DNA of 64,000 nt, taken from Chthoniobacterales bacterium (lineage in GTDB: Bacteria; Verrucomicrobiota; Verrucomicrobiia; Chthoniobacterales; Chthoniobacteraceae). The notes beneath the pieces are model-generated. The model searched no databases and had not been told where the DNA came from. It saw nothing but the letters and a program-made list of their open reading frames with translations. The stretch is from NCBI GenBank assembly GCA_038207335.1, contig JBBQZX010000001.1, forward strand, positions 64,001 to 128,000, written 5' to 3'. Shown one piece after another: positions 40,264 through 50,516 of this stretch. A program made the translations under genes and the position numbers. The stretch's first letter is position 1. Every line of letters begins with the position of its first letter.

Positions 40264-41241
40264 CTACAGTCCCGCGAGCGTCACCTCGCCCGCCGAGAGC
40301 CGACGCAGCTCGCCACTTCCTTCGCGCAGCAGCAACTGCCCCTCAGCGTCCAGCCCCTCCGCTCGTCCCTCGCGCACCGCATCGCCGTCGCCGACGCGCA
40401 CCCAGCGACCGATCAGCGCGCTCCGCCGCTGCGCCTCCGCGAGCGTCGCGGGAAAGGTCACATCCATTTCCTGGAGCCCCCCGTCGAGTGCGCGCAGCAG
40501 AGCAGCCGCCAGCGCCGGTCGATCCACACGCGCAATTGCGGCCATGCGCAGCGAGCCGGCTTTTTCCCGGAGTTCCGGTGGAAAATCATCCGCCTCGTGA
40601 TTCACGTTCACGCCGACTCCGAGCACCGCGAATGGCCCCCGCACAGCATCCGCACCCGTCTCGACCAGAATCCCCGCCACCTTTTTTCCCGCCGCGTAGA
40701 GGTCATTCGGCCATTTGATCTCCACTCTCACGCCCGCGTGCGACTCCATCGCAGCCGCCAGCGCCACCGCCGCGCACGTCGTCATTCGCGGCCACTTTTC
40801 CGCCGGTAAATCCGGTCTGAGCAGCACCGAAAACCACACCCCGAGATGTGAGCGTGACTCCCACTTTCGCCCGAAGCGCCCGCGCCCCGCGCTCTGCCGC
40901 TCCGCGAAAATCACGATCCCCGCCTCCGCCCCGCGCGCGCCAAATCCCATCGCCACCTCATTCGTCGAGCCTGTCTCCTCGAATACCAAAATCTCTCTCG
41001 CGAGCGCGCACTCGCCCAGCCGCGCGTGCAAGTCACCCGCCATCAGCCGGTCCGGCGACGCCACCAACCGAAGCCCGAGCCCCGGCCGCTCCTCGATCTC
41101 AAAACCCGCCTCGCGCAACTCTCCCACGCACTTTTCCACTCCCTCCAAATCCACCTGGCACATTCCCGCCAATTCCCCGCACGAGACATGCACCGCCGCG
41201 CCGCGCAGCGCCTGCAGCACCGCCACATCGAGCGCGTTCAC
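40264..41241 (-). CDS. birA: Bifunctional biotin--[acetyl-CoA-carboxylase] ligase / repressor
   Basis: N-terminal HTH, STN, QSAGRGRFGRKW, KWPND, KKVAGIL; GTG overlaps the nadC stop. Confidence 0.93.
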   Translation of the reverse strand: MNALDVAVLQALRGAAVHVSCGELAGMCQVDLEGVEKCVGELREAGFEIEERPGLGLRLVASPDRLMAGDLHARLGECALAREILVFEETGSTNEVAMGFGARGAEAGIVIFAERQSAGRGRFGRKWESRSHLGVWFSVLLRPDLPAEKWPRMTTCAAVALAAAMESHAGVRVEIKWPNDLYAAGKKVAGILVETGADAVRGPFAVLGVGVNVNHEADDFPPELREKAGSLRMAAIARVDRPALAAALLRALDGGLQEMDVTFPATLAEAQRRSALIGRWVRVGDGDAVREGRAEGLDAEGQLLLREGSGELRRLSAGEVTLAGL

Positions 41242-42095
41242 GCGGGCAGAAGCTCGAGCGAGAGATCGATCGACGGCGCCGAGTGCGTCAGCGCGCCCAC
41301 CGAAATGAAATCCACACCCGTCGCCGCAATCGCCCCGACGGTTTCCAGCGTCACCCCGCCGCTCGCCTCCAGCTCCATGCGACCCGCGGCAGCACTCACC
41401 GCCTCCCGCATCGCACCGGTCGTCATATTATCCAGCAAAATCACATCCACCCCGCGCAGTTCCACGAATTCCCGCACCTGCGCCAGCGTCTCCGCCTCGA
41501 GCTCCACTCGCACTCCCGGATGCGCCTCGCGAAACCGCTCGATCGCCGCCTGCAGCGCCCCGGGCCCCTGTCCCGCGAGCAGGTGATTATCCTTCACCAT
41601 CACCATGTCGTAGAGCCCAAACCGGTGATTCATCCCGCCTCCGGCCACCACCGCCGCCTTCTCCAGTGCGCGCAGCCCCGGCGTCGTCTTCCGCGTGTCT
41701 AAAATCCGCGCCTTGTGCTTTCCCGCCGCGTCCACAAAGCGCCGCGTCAGCGTCGCCACTCCCGAGAGATGCTGCAAAAAATTCAGCGCCACCCTTTCCG
41801 CAGTCAGGATCGAGCGCACCCGCCCGCTGATCTCCAGCACTGTGTTCCCTTTTAAAATGCGCGTCCCCGACCCATTTACCACGTTCACCACCAGCCCCGG
41901 ATCCACCCGTTTGAACACCTCCGCAGCCGTTTCCACCCCTGCCGCGGTCGCCGGTTGTTTCGTGAAAATCCGCGCTTTTCGCGCCTCCTCGCCGACAAAA
42001 AAGAGCGACGTCAAATCTCCGCCGCCGATGTCCTCCGCCAGCGCCACAGCGATCGGATCCGGCATCTTCGTCGAGGTCAAATTCACATCATCCAT
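41238..42095 (-). CDS. nadC: Quinolinate phosphoribosyltransferase
   Basis: EDIGGGD, ERVALN, DTRKTTPG, HRFGL, KDNH, LLDN, EASGG; start could be 42065. Confidence 0.95.
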   Translation of the reverse strand: MDDVNLTSTKMPDPIAVALAEDIGGGDLTSLFFVGEEARKARIFTKQPATAAGVETAAEVFKRVDPGLVVNVVNGSGTRILKGNTVLEISGRVRSILTAERVALNFLQHLSGVATLTRRFVDAAGKHKARILDTRKTTPGLRALEKAAVVAGGGMNHRFGLYDMVMVKDNHLLAGQGPGALQAAIERFREAHPGVRVELEAETLAQVREFVELRGVDVILLDNMTTGAMREAVSAAAGRMELEASGGVTLETVGAIAATGVDFISVGALTHSAPSIDLSLELLPA

Positions 42096-42137
42096 TGGAA
42101 AATCCCCGTCTCTCGACTCACAACATTTAGTCCCAGC

Positions 42138-43340
42138 TCACAGCCCCAGCATTAGCCGGGCAGGACTTTCCAAACAATCCTTCAGCCGCACGAGGAACGT
42201 CACCGCTTCTTTCCCATCCACCACTCGATGATCGTAGCTCAGTGCCAGATACATCATTGGCCGGATCACCACCTGCCCCTTCACCGCCACCGGACGCTCT
42301 TGGATCTTGTGCATCCCGAGGATGCCACTCTGCGGCGGATTCAAAATCGGCGTGCTCAGCAGCGACCCATACACACCGCCATTACTGATCGTAAAAACGC
42401 CCCCCTGCAGCTCCTCGATCTTGATCTTCCCCTCGCGCGCTTTCACCGCAAACGCCGCCAGCTCGCGCTCGATCTCAGCGAACGACTTCGCATCCGCCTC
42501 GCGCACCACCGGCACCACCAGCCCGCGCTCCGTTCCCACCGCCACGCCGATGTCGTAAAAGTGATTCTCCACCAGCTCCTCACCCTCCATCCGTCCATTG
42601 ATCGCCGGCACCGCTTTCAGCGCGCTCACCGCCGCCTTGATGAAGAACGACATGAACCCGAGCTTCGTCCCGTGCTCCTTTGTGAATGCCTCCTGCATCT
42701 CCGATCGCAGACTCATCACAGCGCTCATGTCCACCTCGTTGAAGGTCGTCAGAATTGCCGCCGTCTGCTGCGCCATCACGAGTTGAGACGCGATCTTTCG
42801 GCGTAAAGGCGAGAGTCTCCGGCGTGTCGTGCGCCCCTCCCGGCTAGGCACCGCGGCAGCCGAATGTTCCCGGGCCGTTTCTGCCATCTGCCTCTGCTCA
42901 TCCTGCGCCGACGCCTCGGCAACCGGCTCTGCCACAGGTTTCCCAGCCGACCCGCCGTTCGCCACCGGCTCCGCCACAGTCTGGCCGGTTTCCTCGCTTT
43001 GCGGCACCGCCACGGCTTTCATCGTATGCGCCGGTGCCACATCGCTCGGCGAAGCCAGTGCCGCCACGGGCTTCGATTTTTTTCCCTTCTTCGGTGCTTC
43101 CGCTCCGGCCTCCTCGATCGTCGCCACCACCTCCCCGATTTTCACCTCCGCGCCCGCTTGCGCCACGATGTGCAACACACCCGCCTTCTCCGCAGTGATC
43201 TCCGTCGAGACCTTGTCCGTATCCAGCGAAAGCAACACATCCCCGGTAGCTACCGCATCTCCATCATTCTTCAGCCACGCAGCGATCACACCGCTCGTGA
43301 TGGACTCACCGACCGCCGGGATTTTGACATCGAAACTCAT
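42138..43340 (-). CDS. sucB: 2-oxoglutarate dehydrogenase E2 (dihydrolipoamide succinyltransferase)
   Basis: Lipoyl [48 protein letters not shown]; start at ATG 43340. Confidence 0.93.
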   Translation of the reverse strand: MSFDVKIPAVGESITSGVIAAWLKNDGDAVATGDVLLSLDTDKVSTEITAEKAGVLHIVAQAGAEVKIGEVVATIEEAGAEAPKKGKKSKPVAALASPSDVAPAHTMKAVAVPQSEETGQTVAEPVANGGSAGKPVAEPVAEASAQDEQRQMAETAREHSAAAVPSREGRTTRRRLSPLRRKIASQLVMAQQTAAILTTFNEVDMSAVMSLRSEMQEAFTKEHGTKLGFMSFFIKAAVSALKAVPAINGRMEGEELVENHFYDIGVAVGTERGLVVPVVREADAKSFAEIERELAAFAVKAREGKIKIEELQGGVFTISNGGVYGSLLSTPILNPPQSGILGMHKIQERPVAVKGQVVIRPMMYLALSYDHRVVDGKEAVTFLVRLKDCLESPARLMLGL

Positions 43341-43374
43341 AGCGTAAAAGGCACGCAGCAAACCACCCGCTCAC

Positions 43375-43431
43375 CGACGTGGCAAGCAGCACCAAACTCC
43401 GGTGGTGTCCTAATTTGGACGTGCCACGTCG
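43375..43431. repeat. Intergenic inverted repeat (10-bp perfect arms, 37-nt spacer)
   Basis: CGACGTGGCA (43375-43384) and TGCCACGTCG (43422-43431), inner CCAAA/TTTGG; lies just after the stop of the small ORF at 43433. Confidence 0.6.
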
Positions 43432-43432
43432 T

Positions 43433-43543
43433 TCATTTGCGTTTGAAAATGAAGAATACGCCTGCCGCGACGGCGAGGAAGATTGCCGCCACGATGGGTG
43501 TGGGGAGCGAGCCGGACAAAGCTATTGCGATGAGTGTCGTCAT
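43433..43543 (-). CDS. 36-aa single-TM small protein (absent from the ORF track)
   Basis: MTTLIAIALSGSLPTPIVAAIFLAVAAGVFFIFKRK; fills the gap between the TPR gene and sucB. Confidence 0.55.
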   Translation of the reverse strand: MTTLIAIALSGSLPTPIVAAIFLAVAAGVFFIFKRK

Positions 43544-43574
43544 TTCCTTGCTTGGGAAGCAAGCCACACGTGCA

Positions 43575-46500
43575 TCATCGCGGCAGTTGTCCGAGAATTT
43601 TCTGGGCGAGGCCGAGGGCAGTTGCGTTTAGACCGACTTCTGAGTCATGGGAAAAGCACGCGCGCCAGGCTGCGGGGCGGCGCGCGGGGTCGGGGAGAAA
43701 CTTTTGAATCTCGTCGTCGAAGTGGTCGAGGCGGTCGGTGGCCCTGAGAAAGTCGGCGATGTCCGCGTATTCTTGGTTTGCGCGGTTTTGGAAGGCGATG
43801 CGGAGAGCTTTTGCAGCCCGGGGGAAATCGTCCGCGTTCGTGAGGAAGCGGGCGTAATCAAGAAAGACCTGGTAGCGCTGGACGCACGGGTCGCCGGAGA
43901 TGGCTTGCTGGAAAAAATGGTCAGCCCGCGGGCGGATGCCGAGGTCGGCGAATGCCTGCGCGACTTTACCGGAAAGGTCGTCGTCGAAGACAGCGCGGCG
44001 ACCGAGTTCCTCGAGGACTTTCACTGCGTCTGCGGTACGGCCCGCGCCGTGCAGCCCGCGCGCCCAGTCGAGCATCCGCGCGACATCGAGCGGATTCAGC
44101 CGCGCCAGGCGCTCCTCCGCACGTACGGCGAGCGTGGGCTGCGCGGCCTCGGTGAGGATGCTGACGAGTTTCCGCAAAATCGGCTCCGAAAGATTGTCGC
44201 GCGCAAAGAGGCGCGCGCATATTTGCGCGCCGTGTTCCGCATCTCCGTGTGCGAACTGCCATTGCAGGAGCGTCGTCGCGGCGACGAGAGAGCCGCCATC
44301 CGCATCCTGCGCGAGTGCTGCGGCGAATTCCGCGGACATCCCAAGGCGCGGCATCTCGCGCAGGGCAAGGTCGTAGTAGCCGCCGAGAAGCGTAGGGTTT
44401 TCACCGGCCATCTGGCGCAGTCGGCGCATCTCCCGTGCGATGGTGGCGCGGTCGTGTGCGAGCGTGAGCAACTCGATGAGTTTGCTCTGCAAAGTGAAGT
44501 CCGCGCTTGCATCGGGCGCCTTTGCGAGCGCGTTGCGAAGCGCACTCCGCGCCGCATTCAGGTCGCCGCATTTTACAAGCCGATCGATGAAGGGCAGCAC
44601 CGCTGCGAGCTGGCTGGAAGCCGGCTGGCGTTCGATCGCGGCGAATGCGTCGTCGATGCGCCCCGTCGCCGCATAGAGCTGCGCGAGCATCGCATCGGCC
44701 TCGGTGCCCGGACTTTTCTCGAGAAGTTCGATCGCTTCCGGCGCGCGATTTTGGCGCTCCAGCAGCGATGCAAGCGCTAGGCACGCGGCGATGTTCGCGG
44801 GCTCGAAGCCGAGCACCTTTCGATAAACCGATTCCGCCCGGTCGAGTTGGCCTGCATTTTCGTGGAGCAGCGCGAGGCGCAGTTGCAGGCGCGAGTCGCG
44901 CGGCACGGCCTTGAGGCAGCGCTCGAGCGCGGCGCGCGCTTTTTCGCTCTCGCCGCGGGGCTCGAGCGCGTCGGCGAGCTGCAGCGTAAGGTCGCGATTG
45001 GCAGCGTCGTTGAGCAGGAAAAATCCGCCTTCGACGCAGCGCGTGAGCACCGCTGCGAGCGCATCGTTGTCACTGGAGGCATGGCATTCGTTCAGCAGAT
45101 TGCGGAGCGCGAGCGGGTTCGTCGGCTCGCGTTCCCATAGGCGGCGGAGAATCGCGATGCTCTGTGAATGCGCGCCCATCGCGGAGAGCGTTTCGGCGAG
45201 CGGCAGCAGGCCTTCGACTCCGGGATAGCGCGCGTAATCCGAGGTCAATTTCTCGACGTCCTCCGGGCGCGCACGGACGATTTTCAAGGCCGCGAGATGG
45301 GTGCGGATTTCGAGGACACGCGCGCCGACTTGCTCACGCTGCGGCAGCATTTGGAGGCGAATGATCGCTTCGTCGTCCAGCGCGTTTTCCCACAAGAAAA
45401 TTGCGAGCGAATACAGCTTCCACGTCTCGAGTTGCACACCGGCATTCAGGATGAAATTCCAACCTCGCGATGCCGAATTTCCGGTGTCGTCTTCCGCGAT
45501 TTGTGAGATCGGACGCAGCGCTAGGAGGCGGCGCAAATCGTCGCGCGCGGCAGTTTCATCACCGCTGAGCGCGTGAAGCAGTGTGCCGCAGATCGCTGTG
45601 TGCACGGACATTGCCGGGTCGAGGTGTTTTAGAAAGTCACTTGCAAAAGGCTTTTGGTCAGGCTCCGGCAGCAGCAGGAAATACTCGCGCAGGGCTTTGT
45701 AAAACGGCGCCTCGAAGGCTTCGCCCGCGCCGGCCAGCGAATCGTGCAGTACGCGCCGCGCGGCATCGGCCTCACCCAGGTAGAGGTGCCAGTGCGCGAG
45801 TTCGATCCCATAGGGCGGGCGCTGAGACGAGAGGGAATCGAACACGCGTTGGCCGAGCTGCACGGCTTCGCGGAAATGCCCGCGATTGGCGAAGGTGAGC
45901 GCTGCCTGCCAGAGCCGCAGCGGGTAATCCTTGGTGAATAGTTTCGCGACCAGCGCGGGATCGGGTGCGGTCGAGCCGGCCTGTAAATGCTGCGTGAGCG
46001 CGACTTGAAAATAATCGCGGTCAGCGGCGGTGCGGCGTTCATCGTGCAGCCACGCGGCGAGACGGTCGTATTCGCCGGTTTTCAGCGCGAACCAAATGAA
46101 CGCCTGCGTGCTGGGTGCGGCGAGTTTTGGGACAAGCATCAGAGCCTCGACGTGATCGAGCAGCGGGCTGCTCGCTCCCGCGTAAAACAAGGCCCAGATG
46201 GCTTCTCCGGGGGACTGACTGGCGGCGGAGCGCCAGCGCGCGACCCATTGCGCGAGCTCCGAAGGCGTGCCGTTCGTCGCGATGGATTGTGCAAGATCAC
46301 GGATTGCGCGGAGCCGTGCGTCGGCCTCGGGTTTCACCCCTGCGGGCTCCTCGACCCAGAAGCTGCGCAGCGCGACGAGCGCGTCCGCGGTGGGGCGTCC
46401 GCCGCGCATTTTCACGGCGCTCAGGTAAGCGTTTTGGAGCTGGCCCGGCTCCTCGGATTTGAATGAAGGAAAGCGAATCGGATCGCCGGAATTTTCGGCT

Positions 46501-49352
46501 TTGGAATGGCTGAGAATCTCCTCGAGACATGAGCGCGCCTCGGCAGCCGAACCGGCCTCCGCGGTCAATTCCGCGAGAGCGGCGAGTGCGCGCAGATTGC
46601 CAGGGTCGAGCGTGCGGATCCGCCGCAGCAGCGCGAGCGCACGCGCGGGTGTCCCCCATTTCATTTGAAAATCGACGGCCTGCTGGAGTGCGTCGGCGTC
46701 GCGCGGGAAGCGCATTGCGATGCGCTCCCATGTGGCGCCAGCATCATCGTTTTTGAACGTCTTTTCCTGGAGTTGCGCGAGCTTGATGAGGCCGTCGGGA
46801 GTGGTCTGCGAGACGATGCGGACGAGCTGCGACTGGAGGCGCACCGCAGCGTCGATTTTGTGCAAGTCCTCCGCCTCGCGCACGAGCTCAGGCAAGGCCA
46901 GCGCTTGATCAGGCGCTGCGAAAGAAGCGTCGGAAAGCAGGTCGAACGCCCGCGCTTTCTCGCCGGTTTCTTTCAAAATGCGGCCCAGTGACATGCCGGT
47001 GAAATAGTCATCGGCACGCGTTTTATGGCGCTCCTCGAATTCGGTGCGGAGCCAGCCGAGCATGTCGTGCTTCTCGCAAAAGGTGAGCAAATCCTGAAAC
47101 GCGGCGAACGACTCGTGCTCGGTAGTCTGCGCCTCGACTTGCTGGAGGAGCAGCGTCGCCGCGTCGCTCGGGAGATTGAGGCGGTCGTAGATTCGGAGGA
47201 TCGCGGCGGCGGATTCCTTTCGGCGCGGTACGGGCGTCATGGCGAAAATCTTGCGCCATGTAGCGAGCGCATCGGTCCAGCGGTCGGCGCGCTGCTGCGC
47301 AGTTGCGAGGTCGGTGAGCGTCGTCGCGTCGCCGGGATTTTCGTCGGCGAGTTCGGTGAAGATGCGGAGCGCTTCCTCCACGCGTCCGGCGCGCAAATTC
47401 GCCTCGGCGGCGCGGCGCTGATAGGTGGCGCTCGCGGCGGGATTGAGCTTCATCAGCTCGTCGAGATGCGCGAGCGGCAGAGTCGAGCGCGGGTCGTTCG
47501 CGCCGAGGTCGGCGAGAAACTCGTGCGCGGCGATCGACCGCGGATCAAGCGCCAGAGCCTGTTGCGCGCATTCCTGCGAGACGCGCGGGCTGCGATTCCA
47601 CGATTGCCAGCGGGCGACGCGCAGCCAGCCGCCGACGGTCTTCGCCTCGGCCGCTTCGCGCGTCAGCTTCAGTAAATAATCGGCGAGCGCCGGAGATGTC
47701 GCGTCCGCGCCGCGAGCGACGGTTGCAGCATGGGCACCGCTGACGATGCCGAAAAGTTTTTGGTCGGCCTCCTGCGATTCCGCGGGCGTGCGGCTGAGCG
47801 CGTAGGCCTTTTCGCAAGCCTCGCGCGCGGCCTGCTCGTGGCCTTGCGTGGCTTCGAGGTCACCGAGGAGGAGGTGGAATTCGCGCGACTCGGGCTGCAG
47901 TGCGATCGCGGATGACACGGCAGCGGTCGCGGCGGCGGGCTCGTTTTGGTCTTTCAAAAACCCGGCGATTTGAAATTGCGCGGCAGCGCGGCGGGTGGGC
48001 GAATCGCCCGGATGCACCAGCCGCGCGAGTGTGCGCTGCGCTTCGGCGGCGCGATTTTCGGCGAAAAGAAAACGAGTGAGCGCGAGCAGCGAATCCTCAC
48101 TGGCTGACGCGGCGGCGTTGGTGAGCAATTCTTCCTCGGCGGCCGTGAGGCGGTTGTTTTGGTAAAATTCCATCGCCTTTTGACGCAGCGATTCGTCGGC
48201 GGGTTTCGCGGCGAGCAGCGCGGCGATACGGGTGCGGGCGGCAGGGAGTGCGTCGCGCTGGACATCGATGCGGGCGCGCTCGAAGACGAGTTCGGGATTT
48301 TCGGGCTGTGATTTCAGCAGCGTGTCGTAGATGGAGGCTGCGCTTTCGAGGCGGTCCATGCGCGCGTCGAGGCGCGCAAGGCGGAGCTGGTATTCGGCGG
48401 TTTTCGGAGCGAGCGCGGTGAGATTTGCGAGGCAGGCACGTTCCTGCTCGAGGTCGCCGAGGCGCTCGTAGAAGCCGATCAATTCAAGCTGAGCGCCGAG
48501 GTCGCGCGGATTTTCCTTCGCGGCGCCTTTCAGTTTTTCCTCGAGCTCCGCGGTGCGGTGGTAGCGCTGGTGGAGACGGATGAGCTCGGCTTCGAGTTCG
48601 CCGCGGAGCCAGTTGCCGGGTGCGGTGGCGACGAGCGCTTCCTCGAGCGCAGCGATGGCGGCGTCCTGTCGTCCGGCGCCCTGATGAAGCCGCGCGAGCT
48701 GTTGCAGCGCCTGCGCGCGCTCGGCGGGCGGGGCGTGTTGTTTGAGGTATTCGAGATGCGGGATCGCGCGGTCAGGGAGGTGATTTTGCGCGTAGGTTTC
48801 TGCGAGGCGGCGGCGGAGCGCGAGGTCGCTCGGATTCGCGGAGACGGTACGCTCCCACGCGGCGCACGCGTTTTCCAGATCGCCAGATGCGAGCCACGCT
48901 GAGCCGCATTGCAGCAGGGTTTCCGGGAGACGCGGATCGCTCGCGGGCAGCATCTTGGCGGCCTTCTCGAAGAGCGTGGCGGCGTCGGCGGAATGGCCGG
49001 CGTCGAGTTGCGATTGGGCGAGTGCCAGGATGGGCTGCGGGTTATCGGGCGCGAGTTTTGCGGCGCGCCGGAATGCGGCTGCGGCCTCATCGGGTCTCGC
49101 GGCTTTTTTCAGCAGCAGCCCGGCGATCATCTCGCCGCTGAAGCCGCCCGTGGACTTGTAATCGTCGATGAGTTCGCCGGTCTTTCCGGCGTCACCGTAG
49201 GCTTTCCAGAGGCGGTCGAGCGCGGTGCCTTCCGCGGGATTCGCGGCGAGCATTTGCTTGTAGCGGGCGATGATTTTCTCGGAAACGGGCGGCTCGGCGT
49301 CTGCGCTGAGCGCGACGAGCAGGAGGGAGAAAATGACCGGCCAGCGTGGCAT
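43575..49352 (-). CDS. Giant secreted tetratricopeptide-repeat protein (1925 aa)
   Basis: Signal peptide ending ALSADA; many A..L.P-type TPR units throughout. Confidence 0.88.
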   Translation of the reverse strand: MPRWPVIFSLLLVALSADAEPPVSEKIIARYKQMLAANPAEGTALDRLWKAYGDAGKTGELIDDYKSTGGFSGEMIAGLLLKKAARPDEAAAAFRRAAKLAPDNPQPILALAQSQLDAGHSADAATLFEKAAKMLPASDPRLPETLLQCGSAWLASGDLENACAAWERTVSANPSDLALRRRLAETYAQNHLPDRAIPHLEYLKQHAPPAERAQALQQLARLHQGAGRQDAAIAALEEALVATAPGNWLRGELEAELIRLHQRYHRTAELEEKLKGAAKENPRDLGAQLELIGFYERLGDLEQERACLANLTALAPKTAEYQLRLARLDARMDRLESAASIYDTLLKSQPENPELVFERARIDVQRDALPAARTRIAALLAAKPADESLRQKAMEFYQNNRLTAAEEELLTNAAASASEDSLLALTRFLFAENRAAEAQRTLARLVHPGDSPTRRAAAQFQIAGFLKDQNEPAAATAAVSSAIALQPESREFHLLLGDLEATQGHEQAAREACEKAYALSRTPAESQEADQKLFGIVSGAHAATVARGADATSPALADYLLKLTREAAEAKTVGGWLRVARWQSWNRSPRVSQECAQQALALDPRSIAAHEFLADLGANDPRSTLPLAHLDELMKLNPAASATYQRRAAEANLRAGRVEEALRIFTELADENPGDATTLTDLATAQQRADRWTDALATWRKIFAMTPVPRRKESAAAILRIYDRLNLPSDAATLLLQQVEAQTTEHESFAAFQDLLTFCEKHDMLGWLRTEFEERHKTRADDYFTGMSLGRILKETGEKARAFDLLSDASFAAPDQALALPELVREAEDLHKIDAAVRLQSQLVRIVSQTTPDGLIKLAQLQEKTFKNDDAGATWERIAMRFPRDADALQQAVDFQMKWGTPARALALLRRIRTLDPGNLRALAALAELTAEAGSAAEARSCLEEILSHSKAENSGDPIRFPSFKSEEPGQLQNAYLSAVKMRGGRPTADALVALRSFWVEEPAGVKPEADARLRAIRDLAQSIATNGTPSELAQWVARWRSAASQSPGEAIWALFYAGASSPLLDHVEALMLVPKLAAPSTQAFIWFALKTGEYDRLAAWLHDERRTAADRDYFQVALTQHLQAGSTAPDPALVAKLFTKDYPLRLWQAALTFANRGHFREAVQLGQRVFDSLSSQRPPYGIELAHWHLYLGEADAARRVLHDSLAGAGEAFEAPFYKALREYFLLLPEPDQKPFASDFLKHLDPAMSVHTAICGTLLHALSGDETAARDDLRRLLALRPISQIAEDDTGNSASRGWNFILNAGVQLETWKLYSLAIFLWENALDDEAIIRLQMLPQREQVGARVLEIRTHLAALKIVRARPEDVEKLTSDYARYPGVEGLLPLAETLSAMGAHSQSIAILRRLWEREPTNPLALRNLLNECHASSDNDALAAVLTRCVEGGFFLLNDAANRDLTLQLADALEPRGESEKARAALERCLKAVPRDSRLQLRLALLHENAGQLDRAESVYRKVLGFEPANIAACLALASLLERQNRAPEAIELLEKSPGTEADAMLAQLYAATGRIDDAFAAIERQPASSQLAAVLPFIDRLVKCGDLNAARSALRNALAKAPDASADFTLQSKLIELLTLAHDRATIAREMRRLRQMAGENPTLLGGYYDLALREMPRLGMSAEFAAALAQDADGGSLVAATTLLQWQFAHGDAEHGAQICARLFARDNLSEPILRKLVSILTEAAQPTLAVRAEERLARLNPLDVARMLDWARGLHGAGRTADAVKVLEELGRRAVFDDDLSGKVAQAFADLGIRPRADHFFQQAISGDPCVQRYQVFLDYARFLTNADDFPRAAKALRIAFQNRANQEYADIADFLRATDRLDHFDDEIQKFLPDPARRPAAWRACFSHDSEVGLNATALGLAQKILGQLPR

Positions 49353-49396
49353 CGCGTGAAGCTATGCCGGAGCGCACTGGCGGCAAGGCCGGCGCG

Positions 49397-50257
49397 CTAT
49401 TTCCGCGATGCGCGCGCAGCGATTTTCTCGCGGCCTTTGTCGAGGATTTTCCGCTCGGAGCGGGTGAGGCTGTGCATCCCTTCGCGCGAGATTTTATCGA
49501 GGATCGGATCGATCTCGGCGTCGATGAATTGTGCAGCGCTCATGCGTTCGATGCGTGCGTGGCGCTCCCGTTTTTTGAAGATGTAGCGCTGGATCGCGAG
49601 CGGATTTCCGAAGCCGAGTTGCTTCACGTAAGCCCAGCCGACCACGACTGCGGCGAGCATGGCGGCAGGGCCGATCGTCGCGGCGATGTGCGTGGCCCAA
49701 AGTGCGATGCAGGCGGCGATCAGAAGGAGGCCGATGTATTTGGTGCGGATGCGGAGCGGCAGGATGAAGAAGATATTCACCGTGACATCGAGCTCCGGCA
49801 GGATCGTGGCGTAGGCACCCAGCAGCGCGGCGACCCCGGCGGACGCGCCGAGCAGCGCGATGGACGGCATGGCGAGCAGATGCACCGCGCCGCCGACGAG
49901 GCTGCCGAGGATGTAAATCGCGAGGAAGTGTCGGCGACCGACGATGGGCTCGACTTCGCGGCCTGCGAAGAAAAGTCCGCACATATTCGCCAGCAGATGC
50001 AGCGGCGCAGGCTCGGCGTGGATGAAGGGAAAGGTGAAGAATTTCCACACCTCGCCGCTGCTCACAGCTTCAGCGTCGAGTGCGAGCCAGTGCGTCCAAC
50101 CATCGGCCGGAAGCGGCACTTCGGAGTGGAGGAGCGCGAAGACCGCCTGCGCCGCGAATGCGCCGACGTGGAGCGCGATAAGCACAGCGGTGACGGACGG
50201 CTTCGATCCGCTCCAACGCCGCGTGAACGGCTGCATTTGGCGGCGGGAGGGGCGCAT
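49397..50257 (-). CDS. Rhomboid family intramembrane protein with DUF6576-like C-terminal domain
   Basis: GEVWKFFT..FIH, HLLANM, GASAG, IDPILDKISREGMHSLT; start uncertain. Confidence 0.85.
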   Translation of the reverse strand: MRPSRRQMQPFTRRWSGSKPSVTAVLIALHVGAFAAQAVFALLHSEVPLPADGWTHWLALDAEAVSSGEVWKFFTFPFIHAEPAPLHLLANMCGLFFAGREVEPIVGRRHFLAIYILGSLVGGAVHLLAMPSIALLGASAGVAALLGAYATILPELDVTVNIFFILPLRIRTKYIGLLLIAACIALWATHIAATIGPAAMLAAVVVGWAYVKQLGFGNPLAIQRYIFKKRERHARIERMSAAQFIDAEIDPILDKISREGMHSLTRSERKILDKGREKIAARASRK

Positions 50258-50516
50258 GGCGGCGGGAAAATATGTTAGTCCGCGAGCGTTGTAAAATCGC
50301 ATTTGACGCTGTCCGCGGGGAGGAAAGGACAACCTTGCCCATACACACGCTATTCGTCGCTTTCCACCGCCAAAATGCAGCCAAGGGCGCGTTGCGGCCC
50401 CCGGCGTGTTGTTTCGGAGATTTGGGCACGGAGACTTCTTTAAATGTCGTTGTAATCGTTGATCCTCGGCAGACCCGTTGTAAACGTAACCCGCCGGTCC
50501 ACCTCAAACTCTCCCT

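Noticed and set aside
50422..50440. Sigma-54-like site GGGCACG upstream of the PEP-CTERM gene (and TGGCGCG upstream of the polysaccharide operon)
   Set aside because: The -12 GC is missing or wrongly spaced
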